Shown here: in pieces, positions 54,494-64,000 of the stretch
How the letters are laid out: the number at the start of each line of letters is the position of its first letter
How positions within the stretch are numbered: position 1 is the first letter of the stretch
Assembly: GCA_947444925.1 (NCBI GenBank)
Contig: CANFBW010000007.1
Coordinates: 8,774 to 72,773, forward strand
Source of the DNA: Flavobacteriales bacterium
Lineage (GTDB): Bacteria; Bacteroidota; Bacteroidia; Flavobacteriales_C; GCA-002722245
Direction of reading: 5' to 3'
DNA length: 64,000 nt
Notes under the pieces: generated by a model
Told to the model about the DNA's origin: nothing
Databases searched by the model: none
The model's input: only the letters and a program-made list of their open reading frames with translations
Position numbers and translations under genes: made by a program

Positions 54494-55936
54494 GTGAAAA
54501 AGGCAGAAAATAAAGAACTTGGCTGGACTGCTTGTCACAAATGCCAAGGGCGCGGCAAAAAAAGTCAGCAGCTCCGCAAAAGTGTGCGCCTGCACTACCA
54601 AAAGGCCTTGGCTGAATTTGAAAAAAACAAAAGCGAAGGCAACCCGCCGGCGCGCCCCAAGGCTTACCCACAAACCTGCGCCACCTGTGCCGGATCAGGT
54701 TTGCTTGCTGCTGCCACTGCGCCCGCTCCCAATACAGAAAACTATCCCCACCTTGCCATTATTGGCGCAGGCATTGGCGGTGTGGCCCTTGCAGTGGCTT
54801 GCTTGCACCGCGGCATTCCGTTTACGCTTTACGAGCGCGACAACAATTTTAATGTTCGCGCACAGGGCTACGGACTCACCGTGCAACAAGGCGCCAAAGC
54901 ACTGCTAGGATTGGGTGTGCTTGCGCTAGAAGGTGCTTTGATTTCTACGAAACACGTGGTGCACAGTGCAGATGGAAAAGTGATTGGGGAATGGGGAATG
55001 AGAAAATGGCTGCCCACGCAGCAACAAAAACCTCCCAAGCGCAGCAATATGCTGATCGCGCGACAGGCCTTGCGCCTAGCGCTGCTCGAGCAAGCGGGCG
55101 GACACAAGACCGTGCACTGGGGCCATCAACTCATAGATTTTAAGGAAAGTGCACATGGCCTTCAGTTGCGCTTTCAAGTGGATGGCGAAATAAAAAGCAC
55201 CAAAGCTGACTTAGTAGTGGGTGCCGATGGCATACGTAGTTCGGTGCGCAAGCTATTGATCGCCGATGAGCTGAGTCCTTTGCGCTACTTGGGCTGCATG
55301 GTGATATTGGGAATTTGTCCGCTGGCAGCGCTCAAAGGCCTTGAGAGTTCTTTGCTTGACTCGGCCACGGTTTTTCAAACTGTCAATGGCAACGACCGCA
55401 TTTACATTATGCCATACGACGCACACTCGGTGATGTGGCAATTCAGTTTTCCGCTGCCCGAAAAAGATGCTAAAGAATTGGCTGCACAAGGCGCTGGTGC
55501 GCTCAAGGCAGAAGCCTGTCGACGCACCCAATGGCATGTGCCCATACCGCAAATTTTATCGGCTACCACAACAGCACAAATTATAGGTTACCCTGTGTAT
55601 GACCGCGCACTGCTGCAAGCAAAATTGTTAGCAAATGCGGGACGCGCAACGCTGATTGGCGACGCAGCACACCCTATGAGTCCCTTCAAAGGACAGGGCG
55701 CAAACCAAGCGCTGCTCGATGCACTGGCGCTCGCGCGCGCAATTGCCGCCGGGTGCAAACCCTCATCTCATTGGCGAACAAGCGGACTGCGACAAAGTGT
55801 ATTGACCGCCTTTGAATCAGAAATGATAGAACGCAGCGCATCCAAAGTGAAAGACTCAGCCGAGGCGGTGCTCCTGCTGCATTCCGAAACGGTGCTTCAG
55901 GAAGGCGATGCACCAAGGGGGCGGCGTGTAAAATAG
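54494..55936 (+). CDS. FAD-dependent monooxygenase (UbiH/salicylate-hydroxylase-like) with an N-terminal CxxCxGxG zinc-ribbon extension.
   Basis: The GTG start is as in the ORF track. The N-terminal ~75 aa contain CHKCQGRGKK and CATCAGSG, a DnaJ-type CXXCXGXG pair. The dinucleotide fold HLAIIGAGIGGVALAVACLHRGIPFTLYER follows, then the monooxygenase motifs ..GDAAHPMSPFKGQGANQALLDA. Confidence 0.7.
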   Translation: MKKAENKELGWTACHKCQGRGKKSQQLRKSVRLHYQKALAEFEKNKSEGNPPARPKAYPQTCATCAGSGLLAAATAPAPNTENYPHLAIIGAGIGGVALAVACLHRGIPFTLYERDNNFNVRAQGYGLTVQQGAKALLGLGVLALEGALISTKHVVHSADGKVIGEWGMRKWLPTQQQKPPKRSNMLIARQALRLALLEQAGGHKTVHWGHQLIDFKESAHGLQLRFQVDGEIKSTKADLVVGADGIRSSVRKLLIADELSPLRYLGCMVILGICPLAALKGLESSLLDSATVFQTVNGNDRIYIMPYDAHSVMWQFSFPLPEKDAKELAAQGAGALKAEACRRTQWHVPIPQILSATTTAQIIGYPVYDRALLQAKLLANAGRATLIGDAAHPMSPFKGQGANQALLDALALARAIAAGCKPSSHWRTSGLRQSVLTAFESEMIERSASKVKDSAEAVLLLHSETVLQEGDAPRGRRVK

Positions 55937-56093
55937 CAGTGGCGCAAAAAGCGCACCTCAAAGCATATTGTGTTTTACAGGAAATTTGATGCCTCTACAA
56001 TTGAAATAATAAGGATATTACACGACCGTATTGATCTACAAAATAAATTGAAAGATTAAAATCAACATACTCTCACTTAAACCTCCCAAAAAC

Positions 56094-56819
56094 CTATATC
56101 TTCTCCAAATCTTCAGGATGGTCAATCGCCAGCGTTTCATAGCTGGTAATGCCAACTTTAATGGTGTACCCTGCCTCCAGCCATCGCAATTGTTCGAGCG
56201 ATTCGATGCGCTCTAAGTGCGACGGTGCCAATTGAGTGATGGCCTTTAACACTTCTGTTCGGTAACCGTACAAACCAATGTGGCGGTAGTAAGTATGGCG
56301 GCTCAACCACTCTTGGGGGCTACCCGATTTTTGTCCGGGAATAGGCGATCGCGAAAAATACAAGGCATTGAAATCGGTACTGAAAACAATCTTCGGCAAA
56401 TTTACATTCAGCAGGTCGGCAACAGTATCAATCTTTTTGGCGAGGGTTCCAATTTGCGCATCGGCACTGTTGAAACAGGCGATCAGCTGCTCCAATTGCT
56501 CGGGCTGAATAAAGGGTTCGTCGCCTTGAATATTGATCACCACATCGTAGTTTCCGCCCACTTTTTCGAGGGCTTCCATGCAGCGGTCGCTGCCCGAAGG
56601 ATGGGCGGGCGTGGTCATCACCACCGCGCCACCAAAGCTTTTGACATGGGTAAAAATGCGGTTGTCGTCGGTGGCCACCACCACTGCACTCAAACTCTTG
56701 CATTTTGACGCCTGCTCGTAAACCCTTTGTACCATTGATTTTCCTTGAATATCCACCAAAGGTTTCCCCGGTAAACGGGTAGATGCGTAGCGCGCAGGAA
56801 TGATGCCTAAAATTTTCAT
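56094..56819 (-). CDS. kdsB: 3-deoxy-manno-octulosonate cytidylyltransferase (CMP-KDO synthetase).
   Basis: The start is at the internal Met, MKILGIIPARYASTRLPGKPLVDIQGKSMVQRV...VVATDD, which is the KdsB N-terminal signature. That gives 241 aa. The longer ORF (to 56921) would overlap the divergent aminotransferase gene. Confidence 0.85.
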   Translation of the reverse strand: MKILGIIPARYASTRLPGKPLVDIQGKSMVQRVYEQASKCKSLSAVVVATDDNRIFTHVKSFGGAVVMTTPAHPSGSDRCMEALEKVGGNYDVVINIQGDEPFIQPEQLEQLIACFNSADAQIGTLAKKIDTVADLLNVNLPKIVFSTDFNALYFSRSPIPGQKSGSPQEWLSRHTYYRHIGLYGYRTEVLKAITQLAPSHLERIESLEQLRWLEAGYTIKVGITSYETLAIDHPEDLEKI

Positions 56820-56903
56820 GGGTCTAAAATAGTGAATTTTTCTGCACGTCACTTTGCACAGCCTTTGCTGCTCCGCGTTAAAAAAATAAGTATTTTTATT
56901 ACC

Positions 56904-58058
56904 ATGAATTTTCAGCACCACTTAAGCTCCAAACAACCCGACGTTGGCACCACCATTTTCGCAGTAATGACGGGCCTCGCCAACCAACACGGCGCGGTGA
57001 ATTTAGCGCAGGGTTTTCCGAATCTTGATGTTGATCCAAAGTTGATCGCGCTGGTTGACCAGCATTCGCGGGAGGGCAAAAACCAATACGCGCCCATGCC
57101 CGGATTGCCGGCCTTGAAAGAAAAAATTGCCGCTAAAATTGAAGAACAGTACGGCGCAATATACCACCCGATCAACGAGGTACTCATCACCGCAGGCGCT
57201 ACACAAGCCATTTACGCTACTTTGTCGGCCATTGTTTTTCCGGGCGACGAAGTGATCGTGATTGAACCCGCTTACGACTGCTATGAGCCTGGCATCAAGC
57301 TCAACGGCGGTGTGCCCGTGCGCACGCAATTGACCTTAGACATGAAAGTAGATTGGACCGATGTTAAAAATAAAATATCACCCAAAACACGCGCCATCAT
57401 GATCAACACGCCGCACAACCCAACGGGCAGTGTGCTGCGCGCCGAAGATCTGCGCACCCTTGAAAAAATAGTACACAACACCAACATCATCGTCATCAGC
57501 GACGAGGTATACGAACACATTGTTTTTGACGGAGAAAGACACGAAAGTGTTTGTCGCTACCCCGCCCTGGCCGAGCGCAGCGTGGTGCTTTTTTCTTTTG
57601 GCAAAACTTACCACGTCACAGGCTGGCGTTTGGGCTATTGCATAGCGCCCGAAAACATCATGAAAGAAATTGTGAAATGCCACCAGTTTCAAACCTACTG
57701 CATTCACACACCGGTGCAATATGCAGTGGCCGACTACCTCGACCACAAAGAAAAATACCTGGAGCTGAACGCCCTTTTTCAAGAAAAAAGAGATTACTTT
57801 TTATCGCTCGTAAAACAAACCCGCTTCAAAGCGCTGCCCTGCGCCGGCACCTACTTTCAATTGCTGAGTTATGCTCATTTATCGGAAGAAGGCGACCGCG
57901 AATACGCCAAACGCCTGACGATAGATTATAAAATTGCTGCCATTCCGATTTCTGTTTTTTACCACAATTTCAGAGACGACAAAATCCTGCGTTTTTGCTT
58001 TGCAAAGAAGAACGAAACATTGGAAAAAGGAGTGGAAGGCTTAATGAAAATACAATGA
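56904..58058 (+). CDS. PLP-dependent class I aminotransferase (methionine/glutamine aminotransferase, YbdL-like).
   Basis: The start is at the internal Met MNFQHH. NLAQGFPN...YAPMPGLPALKEKIA...SFGKTYHVTGWRLGY carries the lysine of the SFGK-type PLP site. That gives ~384 aa. Confidence 0.8.
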   Translation: MNFQHHLSSKQPDVGTTIFAVMTGLANQHGAVNLAQGFPNLDVDPKLIALVDQHSREGKNQYAPMPGLPALKEKIAAKIEEQYGAIYHPINEVLITAGATQAIYATLSAIVFPGDEVIVIEPAYDCYEPGIKLNGGVPVRTQLTLDMKVDWTDVKNKISPKTRAIMINTPHNPTGSVLRAEDLRTLEKIVHNTNIIVISDEVYEHIVFDGERHESVCRYPALAERSVVLFSFGKTYHVTGWRLGYCIAPENIMKEIVKCHQFQTYCIHTPVQYAVADYLDHKEKYLELNALFQEKRDYFLSLVKQTRFKALPCAGTYFQLLSYAHLSEEGDREYAKRLTIDYKIAAIPISVFYHNFRDDKILRFCFAKKNETLEKGVEGLMKIQ

Positions 58059-58840
58059 GAAAAGATCTGAATATAGCACTGGTACAAAGCCAGCTCGCAT
58101 GGGAAAATGCACAAGGCAACTTTGACATTTTTGATGCCCACTTGCGCGCGATCAACGACGCCGACCTGATCGTGCTGCCCGAAATGTTTTCTACCGGATT
58201 TTCAATGGACCCAGCACGTCTCTCCGAGTCGATGCAAGGCGCTACAATGCAGTGGCTCACGCAAAAAGCGAAAGAAAAAAACTGTGTGATAACAGGCAGT
58301 TTCATCGCCGAAGAAAAAGGAAAATATTACAACCGCCTCGTGTGGATGCGTGCTGACGGCACTTACGAATGTTACAACAAACGCCACCTCTTTCGCATGG
58401 CGGGTGAAAACAATCAGTATACCGAAGGCGATCAAAAATTAATTGTAGCGCTGAAGGGCTGGAAAATTTGTCCACTCGTTTGCTACGACCTGCGCTTTCC
58501 GGTATGGAGTAGAAACGTGGCGCTGCAATACGATATTTTATTGTACATCGCCAACTGGCCCGCAGTGCGCAGGCATCCGTGGAAAAGTTTACTAGTGGCA
58601 CGCGCCATTGAAAACCAAGTTTACGTGTTGGGCTTGAACCGCGTGGGGAATGACGGCCAACAGTTGAATTACAGTGGCGACAGCGCCGTAATCGATCCGC
58701 GTGGAAACTACTTGGCACAGGCCAAAGAAGGTGCCGAGGAAATTATTCAGCTGTGTTTGAAAGATACTTATTTGCAAGAATGCCGAGCGGCTTTTCCAGT
58801 GCATTTAGATGCCGACGACTTTACACTTAACGCGCAATGA
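58055..58840 (+). CDS. Carbon-nitrogen hydrolase family, omega-amidase (YafV-like).
   Basis: The start MRKDLNIALVQ overlaps the aminotransferase stop by ATGA. The nitrilase-superfamily motifs are LIVLPEMFSTGF (Glu), NRLVWM..KRHLF (Lys) and CPLVCYDLRFP (Cys). Confidence 0.75.
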   Translation: MRKDLNIALVQSQLAWENAQGNFDIFDAHLRAINDADLIVLPEMFSTGFSMDPARLSESMQGATMQWLTQKAKEKNCVITGSFIAEEKGKYYNRLVWMRADGTYECYNKRHLFRMAGENNQYTEGDQKLIVALKGWKICPLVCYDLRFPVWSRNVALQYDILLYIANWPAVRRHPWKSLLVARAIENQVYVLGLNRVGNDGQQLNYSGDSAVIDPRGNYLAQAKEGAEEIIQLCLKDTYLQECRAAFPVHLDADDFTLNAQ

Positions 58841-60443
58841 CATTCCACTCTATCTCCATCTCCCAGTTGGCACGCACGGTAAGGGATTTTTCGTAAAACA
58901 CAATTTTTTCGGGCTGTACCTGCTGGTAGTAGTTACCACTGTCCCAACTTTTGTTTTGATTGCCATCAAAAATCAGCTTCAGTGTATATTCATCAGGCGT
59001 TAAATTTTTGTAATCAAAAGTCATTGCAGCAGCACTAAACATTTCCTCTTTCACTACTTCTTGGTGCGATGAAAGCAATTGCAGCACAAAGGGACTTGCT
59101 GCTTCGCTCACATTTACTTTCAGCAACAATGAGCCGAAAGCACTTTCTTCGGGCAGCGTAAACGAAGAGACAATGGTGTCGAGGTTGCTGCGCCCGTAAA
59201 TGTCGTTCAAAGCACCAGGGAAAAACTTCACCTTGCACGATTTTGCAGGCAATGCTTTTGATTTTATGGCCAATTTTCGGGGACTGCTAAGCGCACAGCC
59301 AAAGGGGATTGTAGCGCTGTCTTGGGTGATTTGTATGAAAGCCGGATCAACCTTATCAAGTGGAAAATTGAAAGCAAAATAAAGCGAATCGCCAGGCACC
59401 ACCAAAGGCACTTTACTTTCCTTAAGCAACTTGATGGGCAAATTTTTAATCGACTTGGCGTCTTTCAAAAAATAAGTAAGTGTATCACTGAAATCGCTAG
59501 ATTTTACACGCAGCACCAATGAATCAGCTGGGGTCAAATCTTTGCGCAACCACAGCACCAAACTGTCGCCATCGTTGTACATTTCTTTGTGATGCAGCAC
59601 GCGTTCTTCGCTTTCAAAAGAAAGCATTTTGTCTTTGCTTTTGGCATTGAACGACAACAACAAGGTTTTTTCGTTCATTAATTTTTGTGTTGACAAAAAC
59701 TGACGTTTATTGGGCATACTGAAAGTGGCCATCGACACCTTGGTCAAAGTATCCTTCACAGATAGCGGTGTTGATAAAAAGCCGATTTTTTCGTTGGGCT
59801 GATCGTAGCGGTAATTGTTGTTTAGATCTTTGAGCGCAAAGGTTTTGTAGTTTCCCTCGTGAATATTGTGAATAGCAAAATGCCCGCTCTTGTCACTTTT
59901 ACCAAAATAAGCAGGAAGGCTTTTGGCCACGCATGAATCGGGCGCATCTGAAGGATAAAGCAGCACCAGCATATCGCTCTCAGGCAAACCATCATAACTA
60001 TTTTTAACTGTTCCCTCCACTTTTAAAAAATCGAGACGGCTACCCGTAGCAAAAACCAGTGTGCCATTGGGCCAAGCATTTCCCTCGGTATAGTCAACAA
60101 TGCCTTCGCCAAAAAACAAAGAATAGGTGGTGTTTTCGCGAAACAAAGTATCAAAAAGCAAAATCACTTTTTTGCCTTTTACCGTCAACTTAGGAAAGCT
60201 GCTTACAGGCGGTGAAATGACTAATTGTTGCTGAATATTTTTCAGTTGTACAAATTCGTTGAACTGCAATTCAATGCGCTGTTGATTAAAGTCAAGCGCC
60301 TCATTTGCAGGAAAACTTTTGAGTAATTTTGGAGGCACCACATCTTTGTCGCCACCAGTGAGCGTGCCCACTTGCGCACAGCCAGCAAGTAGTAAAACAG
60401 AGAAAAAAGCAACAATTATTTTCACAATGCAAACATACGGCAT
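58827..60443 (-). CDS. Lipoprotein with an N-terminal bacterial Ig-like (Big_5-type) domain.
   Basis: There is a signal peptide plus lipobox LLLAGC-AQ. DKDVVPPKLLKSFPANEALDFNQQRIELQFNEFV resembles the Ig-like domain pattern common in Bacteroidota lipoproteins. Confidence 0.4.
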   Translation of the reverse strand: MPYVCIVKIIVAFFSVLLLAGCAQVGTLTGGDKDVVPPKLLKSFPANEALDFNQQRIELQFNEFVQLKNIQQQLVISPPVSSFPKLTVKGKKVILLFDTLFRENTTYSLFFGEGIVDYTEGNAWPNGTLVFATGSRLDFLKVEGTVKNSYDGLPESDMLVLLYPSDAPDSCVAKSLPAYFGKSDKSGHFAIHNIHEGNYKTFALKDLNNNYRYDQPNEKIGFLSTPLSVKDTLTKVSMATFSMPNKRQFLSTQKLMNEKTLLLSFNAKSKDKMLSFESEERVLHHKEMYNDGDSLVLWLRKDLTPADSLVLRVKSSDFSDTLTYFLKDAKSIKNLPIKLLKESKVPLVVPGDSLYFAFNFPLDKVDPAFIQITQDSATIPFGCALSSPRKLAIKSKALPAKSCKVKFFPGALNDIYGRSNLDTIVSSFTLPEESAFGSLLLKVNVSEAASPFVLQLLSSHQEVVKEEMFSAAAMTFDYKNLTPDEYTLKLIFDGNQNKSWDSGNYYQQVQPEKIVFYEKSLTVRANWEMEIEWNVIAR

Positions 60444-60461
60444 TCCCTTTTGATTTTAAAA

Positions 60462-61157
60462 TCAGCGCAAGGCCGGCGCAAAAGCCAAGGCGGCCATCGA
60501 TACTTTTGTACTTCCCTGCGCCACTATTGCTGCAGCACAATGCTCCATGGTAGCGCCGGTCGTAATGACATCGTCAACCAACAGCACGTGTTTGTAGTGC
60601 TGTCGCACTTTAGAATTGAGCTCAAAGGCCACTTGAATATTTTGCCAGCGGCTGTATTTGTTGTAACGCGTTTGACTTTCTTTTTGCTTCACGCGGCGAA
60701 GGTAATTGGGCAGCAGCGGAAGCTGCAAATATTGGGCAATGCCTCGCGCGATTTTTTCGCTTTGGTTGTAGCCGCGCTTTCGGCGCTTGCCCCAGCTCAT
60801 TGGTACGGGAACAACAGCGTCAATATCAAGATCTAGCAAGTGCAGTGCAGCAGCCAATTGTTGGCCAAAATAAAAACCCAATTCGGCCTTGTTTTTGTAC
60901 TTCAAATGATGGATCAAGGATTGACTCACACCTCCCTTCACAAAGGCAAACAGCGCTATCGCTCTTTGCACCTCTACTTTACCGTAAAATAAAGCATCCA
61001 TTTCACCTTCAGTTTTTTGCTGCGGCAACAGGTGAATTTGCGCACTACAAAGCAAGCACACAAAACGCTCATTTTCGAGCAAAGACGCAGCACAGTGCAC
61101 ACAATCTGTAGAAAAAAGTAGTGCGCCTAGGTGTTTTAGCATAGGCATATAAATCAA
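60462..61157 (-). CDS. comF: ComF-family / phosphoribosyltransferase-domain protein.
   Basis: An N-terminal Cys-rich zinc ribbon (CVHCAAS...CLLCSAQ) is followed by the PRTase motif HVLLVDDVITTGATMEHCAAAI. Confidence 0.7.
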   Translation of the reverse strand: MIYMPMLKHLGALLFSTDCVHCAASLLENERFVCLLCSAQIHLLPQQKTEGEMDALFYGKVEVQRAIALFAFVKGGVSQSLIHHLKYKNKAELGFYFGQQLAAALHLLDLDIDAVVPVPMSWGKRRKRGYNQSEKIARGIAQYLQLPLLPNYLRRVKQKESQTRYNKYSRWQNIQVAFELNSKVRQHYKHVLLVDDVITTGATMEHCAAAIVAQGSTKVSMAALAFAPALR

Positions 61158-61230
61158 GCGCGAGAAAAGTGTGCGGGAATATCAAAAATAACTATATTTG
61201 TGCAAAGGCGACTTTTAACTGCGCACTATT

Positions 61231-62157
61231 ATGGAAAACAACGAAGAAGAAAAGAAAAAAAAGAAGGGCGGATTTATCATGGGGGCATTGATAGCAGCAA
61301 TAGCTTTGTTGTTAGGTACATCTGTATTTTTTGGTTGGAAATTGAGCGATACGCAAAATGAGGTCAAAACCGAAATGAAAAAAGGGGAAGACAACCAACA
61401 AAAACACGACAGATTATTGGCCGACCTTAACAAAACAAAAGATTTGTTAGAGCAAGCCAAAACCGGAGATCCTGCTAAAGACCAAGAATTACAAGCGAAA
61501 AGTGCGGAGTTGGAAAAACTGAGAGAGAAACTCAAAAACTACGAAGCAGAAGGTGACATTGAATATTTTAGAAAACTGAAAGCCGAACTTTGGAAATTGA
61601 GAAGTGAAATTCGCGACTTGAAAAAGAAAAACGAAGAGTTGTTGGCAATGAACGCTCAGTTGACAGATGAAAACGGCCAAGCGAAAGAAAAAATAAATTC
61701 ACTTTCTGCTGCAACAAAAGACCTTAAACAAAGCAACCAAGCTTTGGATGCACAAGCTCGATTGGGTGCTAAAATATTGGCGCGCGACATCATCGCGGAA
61801 GGAATTCGCCAAAGAAGAAATTCAGAAAAAGTGACGCACAGCCCGCGCAACGTTGAAAAAATTCGCGTAGCCTTTACTTTAAGTGCCAACTTGGTTGCTC
61901 GTCCGGGAAACAAAACATTGTACCTTCGCGCTACATCTCCCGATGGACAAGTATTTACCAACGGCGGAAATACTTTTAGTTTTGAAGGACGCAGCATCAC
62001 TTTCAGTGAAAAACAAGAAATCGACTATCAAAACCAAGACAAAGACGTTATCATGTACGCCTCGCCTTTTGCTACTGCCTTTGTCGCTGGTAAATACACA
62101 TTGGAAGTATACTTAGACGGTTACCTTTTGGGTACTGCTGTGACAGAATTGAAGTAG
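61231..62157 (+). CDS. Membrane-anchored coiled-coil protein with a C-terminal beta-rich domain, function unknown.
   Basis: It starts with an acidic/Lys-rich N-terminus and one TM helix (GGFIMGALIAAIALLLGTSVFFGW). About 150 aa of heptad-rich coiled coil follow (LEKLREKLKNYEAEG...LKKKNEELLAMNAQL). The final ~110 aa are a beta domain. Confidence 0.4.
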   Translation: MENNEEEKKKKKGGFIMGALIAAIALLLGTSVFFGWKLSDTQNEVKTEMKKGEDNQQKHDRLLADLNKTKDLLEQAKTGDPAKDQELQAKSAELEKLREKLKNYEAEGDIEYFRKLKAELWKLRSEIRDLKKKNEELLAMNAQLTDENGQAKEKINSLSAATKDLKQSNQALDAQARLGAKILARDIIAEGIRQRRNSEKVTHSPRNVEKIRVAFTLSANLVARPGNKTLYLRATSPDGQVFTNGGNTFSFEGRSITFSEKQEIDYQNQDKDVIMYASPFATAFVAGKYTLEVYLDGYLLGTAVTELK

Positions 62158-62159
62158 CT

Positions 62160-64000
62160 TTAAAACAACATTTGAACCTGAACGCCTCCGCTATGAACGG
62201 GGGCGTTGTTGTTGGAGGCCCTGCCCTGATAATTCAAACTTATTTGCATGTTGTCGGCAAACTTGTTTTGCATGCTCAGCGTCCACGTAAAATTGGTGCC
62301 ATTGTGCAAGCCCTCCAACATTTCAAATTCCAAGGGAGAGGAATTCTCAGAGCTTTTGTTGTAGTTGATGCCAATGTAATTGAAAGTGCAATCGAGTCGA
62401 CCCTTGCCCACAAAGTTGTAAGTGACCTCGGTGCCCAACTGCTTAACAATGGTTTTCTCAGTGCCATAAGCCGGCGCATTTTGCTTGTCTTTATAATTAA
62501 AAAGCACGGTTGCCCTTAAATTATTGTTGGGCTGATAAGTCAATTTGGGACTGGCGATATACGCGCGAATACTGTAGTCGCTGACCGAGAAAAACTGAGA
62601 AAACTTTGATTTTGTTTGTTCCTCTGAATTCAAAAGTATCGACCACCTCGAAGAGAAATTCCAGCGAATATTCAACACTTTACTCAGCAGAGAGCGAGAC
62701 TCAAAACCGCTGGTCAGCAAGGTTTTGTTTTGATTGTCGGCATAGGTAAAATCAATGGTGTACAGCGGATTTCCGCGGTTAAAAAACACCGTGTTTCGCA
62801 ACGACGAATTGGTGCTCACCAAACTCGTATCGGCCACGTTTCGCGCATAAGGCACAAGCGCTTGTGCTTCGGCACTCTTGTTGGTTTTCATCACTGTTCG
62901 ATAGGCCAACTGATTGTGGAATTTCGACAAAAAAAGTGGGAGCCCTTTTAAATTTTGGGCCTTAAACAGTTTAGAAAACTGCACATTCAATACTTCATTG
63001 AATTGGGTTGAAAATGTTTTTACATAATCTTTAGTCGGCGTGTACACTTTGATAAAGCGAGCTGCATCGGGAAATTTGGCGATTTCAAATTCATTGAGTT
63101 GCTGCACAGCATCATTGTTATAGTCGATCCAAGCATACACTCCCTGTCCCGCCACCACTTGTATGTATGAGAACTCCCTTTTGAGTTCTAAACCACTGCC
63201 GAACTCATAATAGGTACGTGTGTTTACAAAACCATTAAAGGCATTGAGCATTAAATCCATTTTATTGAGCAAGGTGTTTTCAGGTGTTTTCACCGAAGTG
63301 AGGTTAGAATCAACAATGTTCAACGATCGGTAAATAGACGACAAGGTCAGCTGTACATTTTTGTTTTGATTCAGCGCAATTTTGCCCTGAAAATTGTCAG
63401 CCTCCGTACTTCTTTTGAAAACATTGCTTTGCGCCGCAAAATCATTGCGCCTGTCGTAGGACAGCGAAAAAGTGTTTTTTACATCTTCTGCAGAACTGAG
63501 GAAGGCACCACGTTCGGTATAAATAAAACTACTCTTCAACAAGGTGTCGTTGCTGCTGTTTTTAAACTGGTCGTTGTCTTCTTCGGCCTTGAGTCCAAAA
63601 ACAAACCAACCCGCTTTTTGCGACAAAGTAGTGTTGTAGCGCAAAAAAGTACTGTTCGTGACCGCACCAAAACTCTGCAAAAAACTTGCATTACCCGAGA
63701 GTTTGGTGCCAAAGCGGTTGGCAACATTTACTTCACTGGCGATCTTATAACCCTTATAAAATGCGCCTTTGTTGAAAAACGACGATGACACATTGAGCAT
63801 TTGCGCGGCCGACTTACGCAAGTCGAATTTAAGTGCGCCAAAGTGTTCGTCTTCGGGCGTTGTGCTTAAGGAAGCAATGTTCCAATCGCGCTCAAACTCT
63901 GTACTTCTGAAACGCTCGATAGCTGAGAAATTTTTGTTGACCAATTGGTAGTCGGCCGTAGATTTTAACACCCACGCACTTGTGGCAGTATCTATTTTCT
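62160..64000 (-). CDS. Large outer-membrane beta-barrel-like protein. Its 5' end is truncated by the window edge.
   Basis: The ORF is open beyond 64000, and the GTG listed at 63971 is internal. It is rich in alternating beta-strand-like segments, N/S/T/Y and aromatic residues. It ends ...GGVQVQMLF with a C-terminal Phe, typical of outer-membrane barrels. Confidence 0.35.
   Translation of the reverse strand, partial: KIDTATSAWVLKSTADYQLVNKNFSAIERFRSTEFERDWNIASLSTTPEDEHFGALKFDLRKSAAQMLNVSSSFFNKGAFYKGYKIASEVNVANRFGTKLSGNASFLQSFGAVTNSTFLRYNTTLSQKAGWFVFGLKAEEDNDQFKNSSNDTLLKSSFIYTERGAFLSSAEDVKNTFSLSYDRRNDFAAQSNVFKRSTEADNFQGKIALNQNKNVQLTLSSIYRSLNIVDSNLTSVKTPENTLLNKMDLMLNAFNGFVNTRTYYEFGSGLELKREFSYIQVVAGQGVYAWIDYNNDAVQQLNEFEIAKFPDAARFIKVYTPTKDYVKTFSTQFNEVLNVQFSKLFKAQNLKGLPLFLSKFHNQLAYRTVMKTNKSAEAQALVPYARNVADTSLVSTNSSLRNTVFFNRGNPLYTIDFTYADNQNKTLLTSGFESRSLLSKVLNIRWNFSSRWSILLNSEEQTKSKFSQFFSVSDYSIRAYIASPKLTYQPNNNLRATVLFNYKDKQNAPAYGTEKTIVKQLGTEVTYNFVGKGRLDCTFNYIGINYNKSSENSSPLEFEMLEGLHNGTNFTWTLSMQNKFADNMQISLNYQGRASNNNAPVHSGGVQVQMLF

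Noticed and set aside
1-64000. Integrase, transposase, phage or conjugation genes that would mark a classical mobile element.
   Set aside because: None of the translated ORFs shows DDE, tyrosine or serine-recombinase, relaxase or capsid-like motifs. Mobility signals are limited to the short intergenic repeats described above.

Overview
This 64 kb window looks like a chromosomal segment from a member of the phylum Bacteroidota, probably a flavobacterial, cytophagal or sphingobacterial genome. GC content is moderate to low. It is rich in type IX secretion system (T9SS) biology, and all functions are inferred from motifs I recognise in the translations, with no database search run. Counted T9SS content is seven proteins with a type-A C-terminal sorting domain (CTD), one with a type-B CTD next to a PorP/SprF gene, and a PorV/PorQ-like gene next to a very large PorU-like C25-peptidase gene. 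Housekeeping calls are argB, purS, pssA, lnt, a GltB-domain-2-like FMN protein, kdsB, a ybdL/yafV-like aminotransferase plus omega-amidase pair, hemJ, an acyl-CoA thioesterase, comF, a polysaccharide deacetylase and a giant DUF2723 membrane protein. There is one tRNA-Gln(UUG) with its own terminator. The notable non-housekeeping content is as follows. (1) A receiver-dense phosphorelay cluster at 13.1-21.1 kb. It contains three orphan receiver (REC) domains, a LytTR response regulator, a GAF/multi-PAS hybrid histidine kinase, a stand-alone Hpt protein, a frameshifted membrane-anchored receiver gene, and a 15-codon receiver-gene remnant. (2) An 18 kb block of minus-strand genes at 22.98-40.94 kb that ends at the tRNA-Gln. 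It holds four paralogues sharing an N-terminal domain of about 230 aa that I do not recognise. Three of these carry T9SS CTDs. They are interleaved with a TonB-dependent receptor and a FISUMP-domain lipoprotein. The block also holds a giant protein carrying Ig-like repeats with cohesin-like and dockerin-like segments, next to a gene whose product ends in a dockerin-like loop. (3) A structured intergenic repeat of about 140 bp sits downstream of three consecutive genes, alongside a second repeat of about 113 bp. (4) A MNT-type nucleotidyltransferase pseudogene is disrupted by short MITE-like inverted repeats. No CRISPR array, integrase, transposase or rRNA gene was found.
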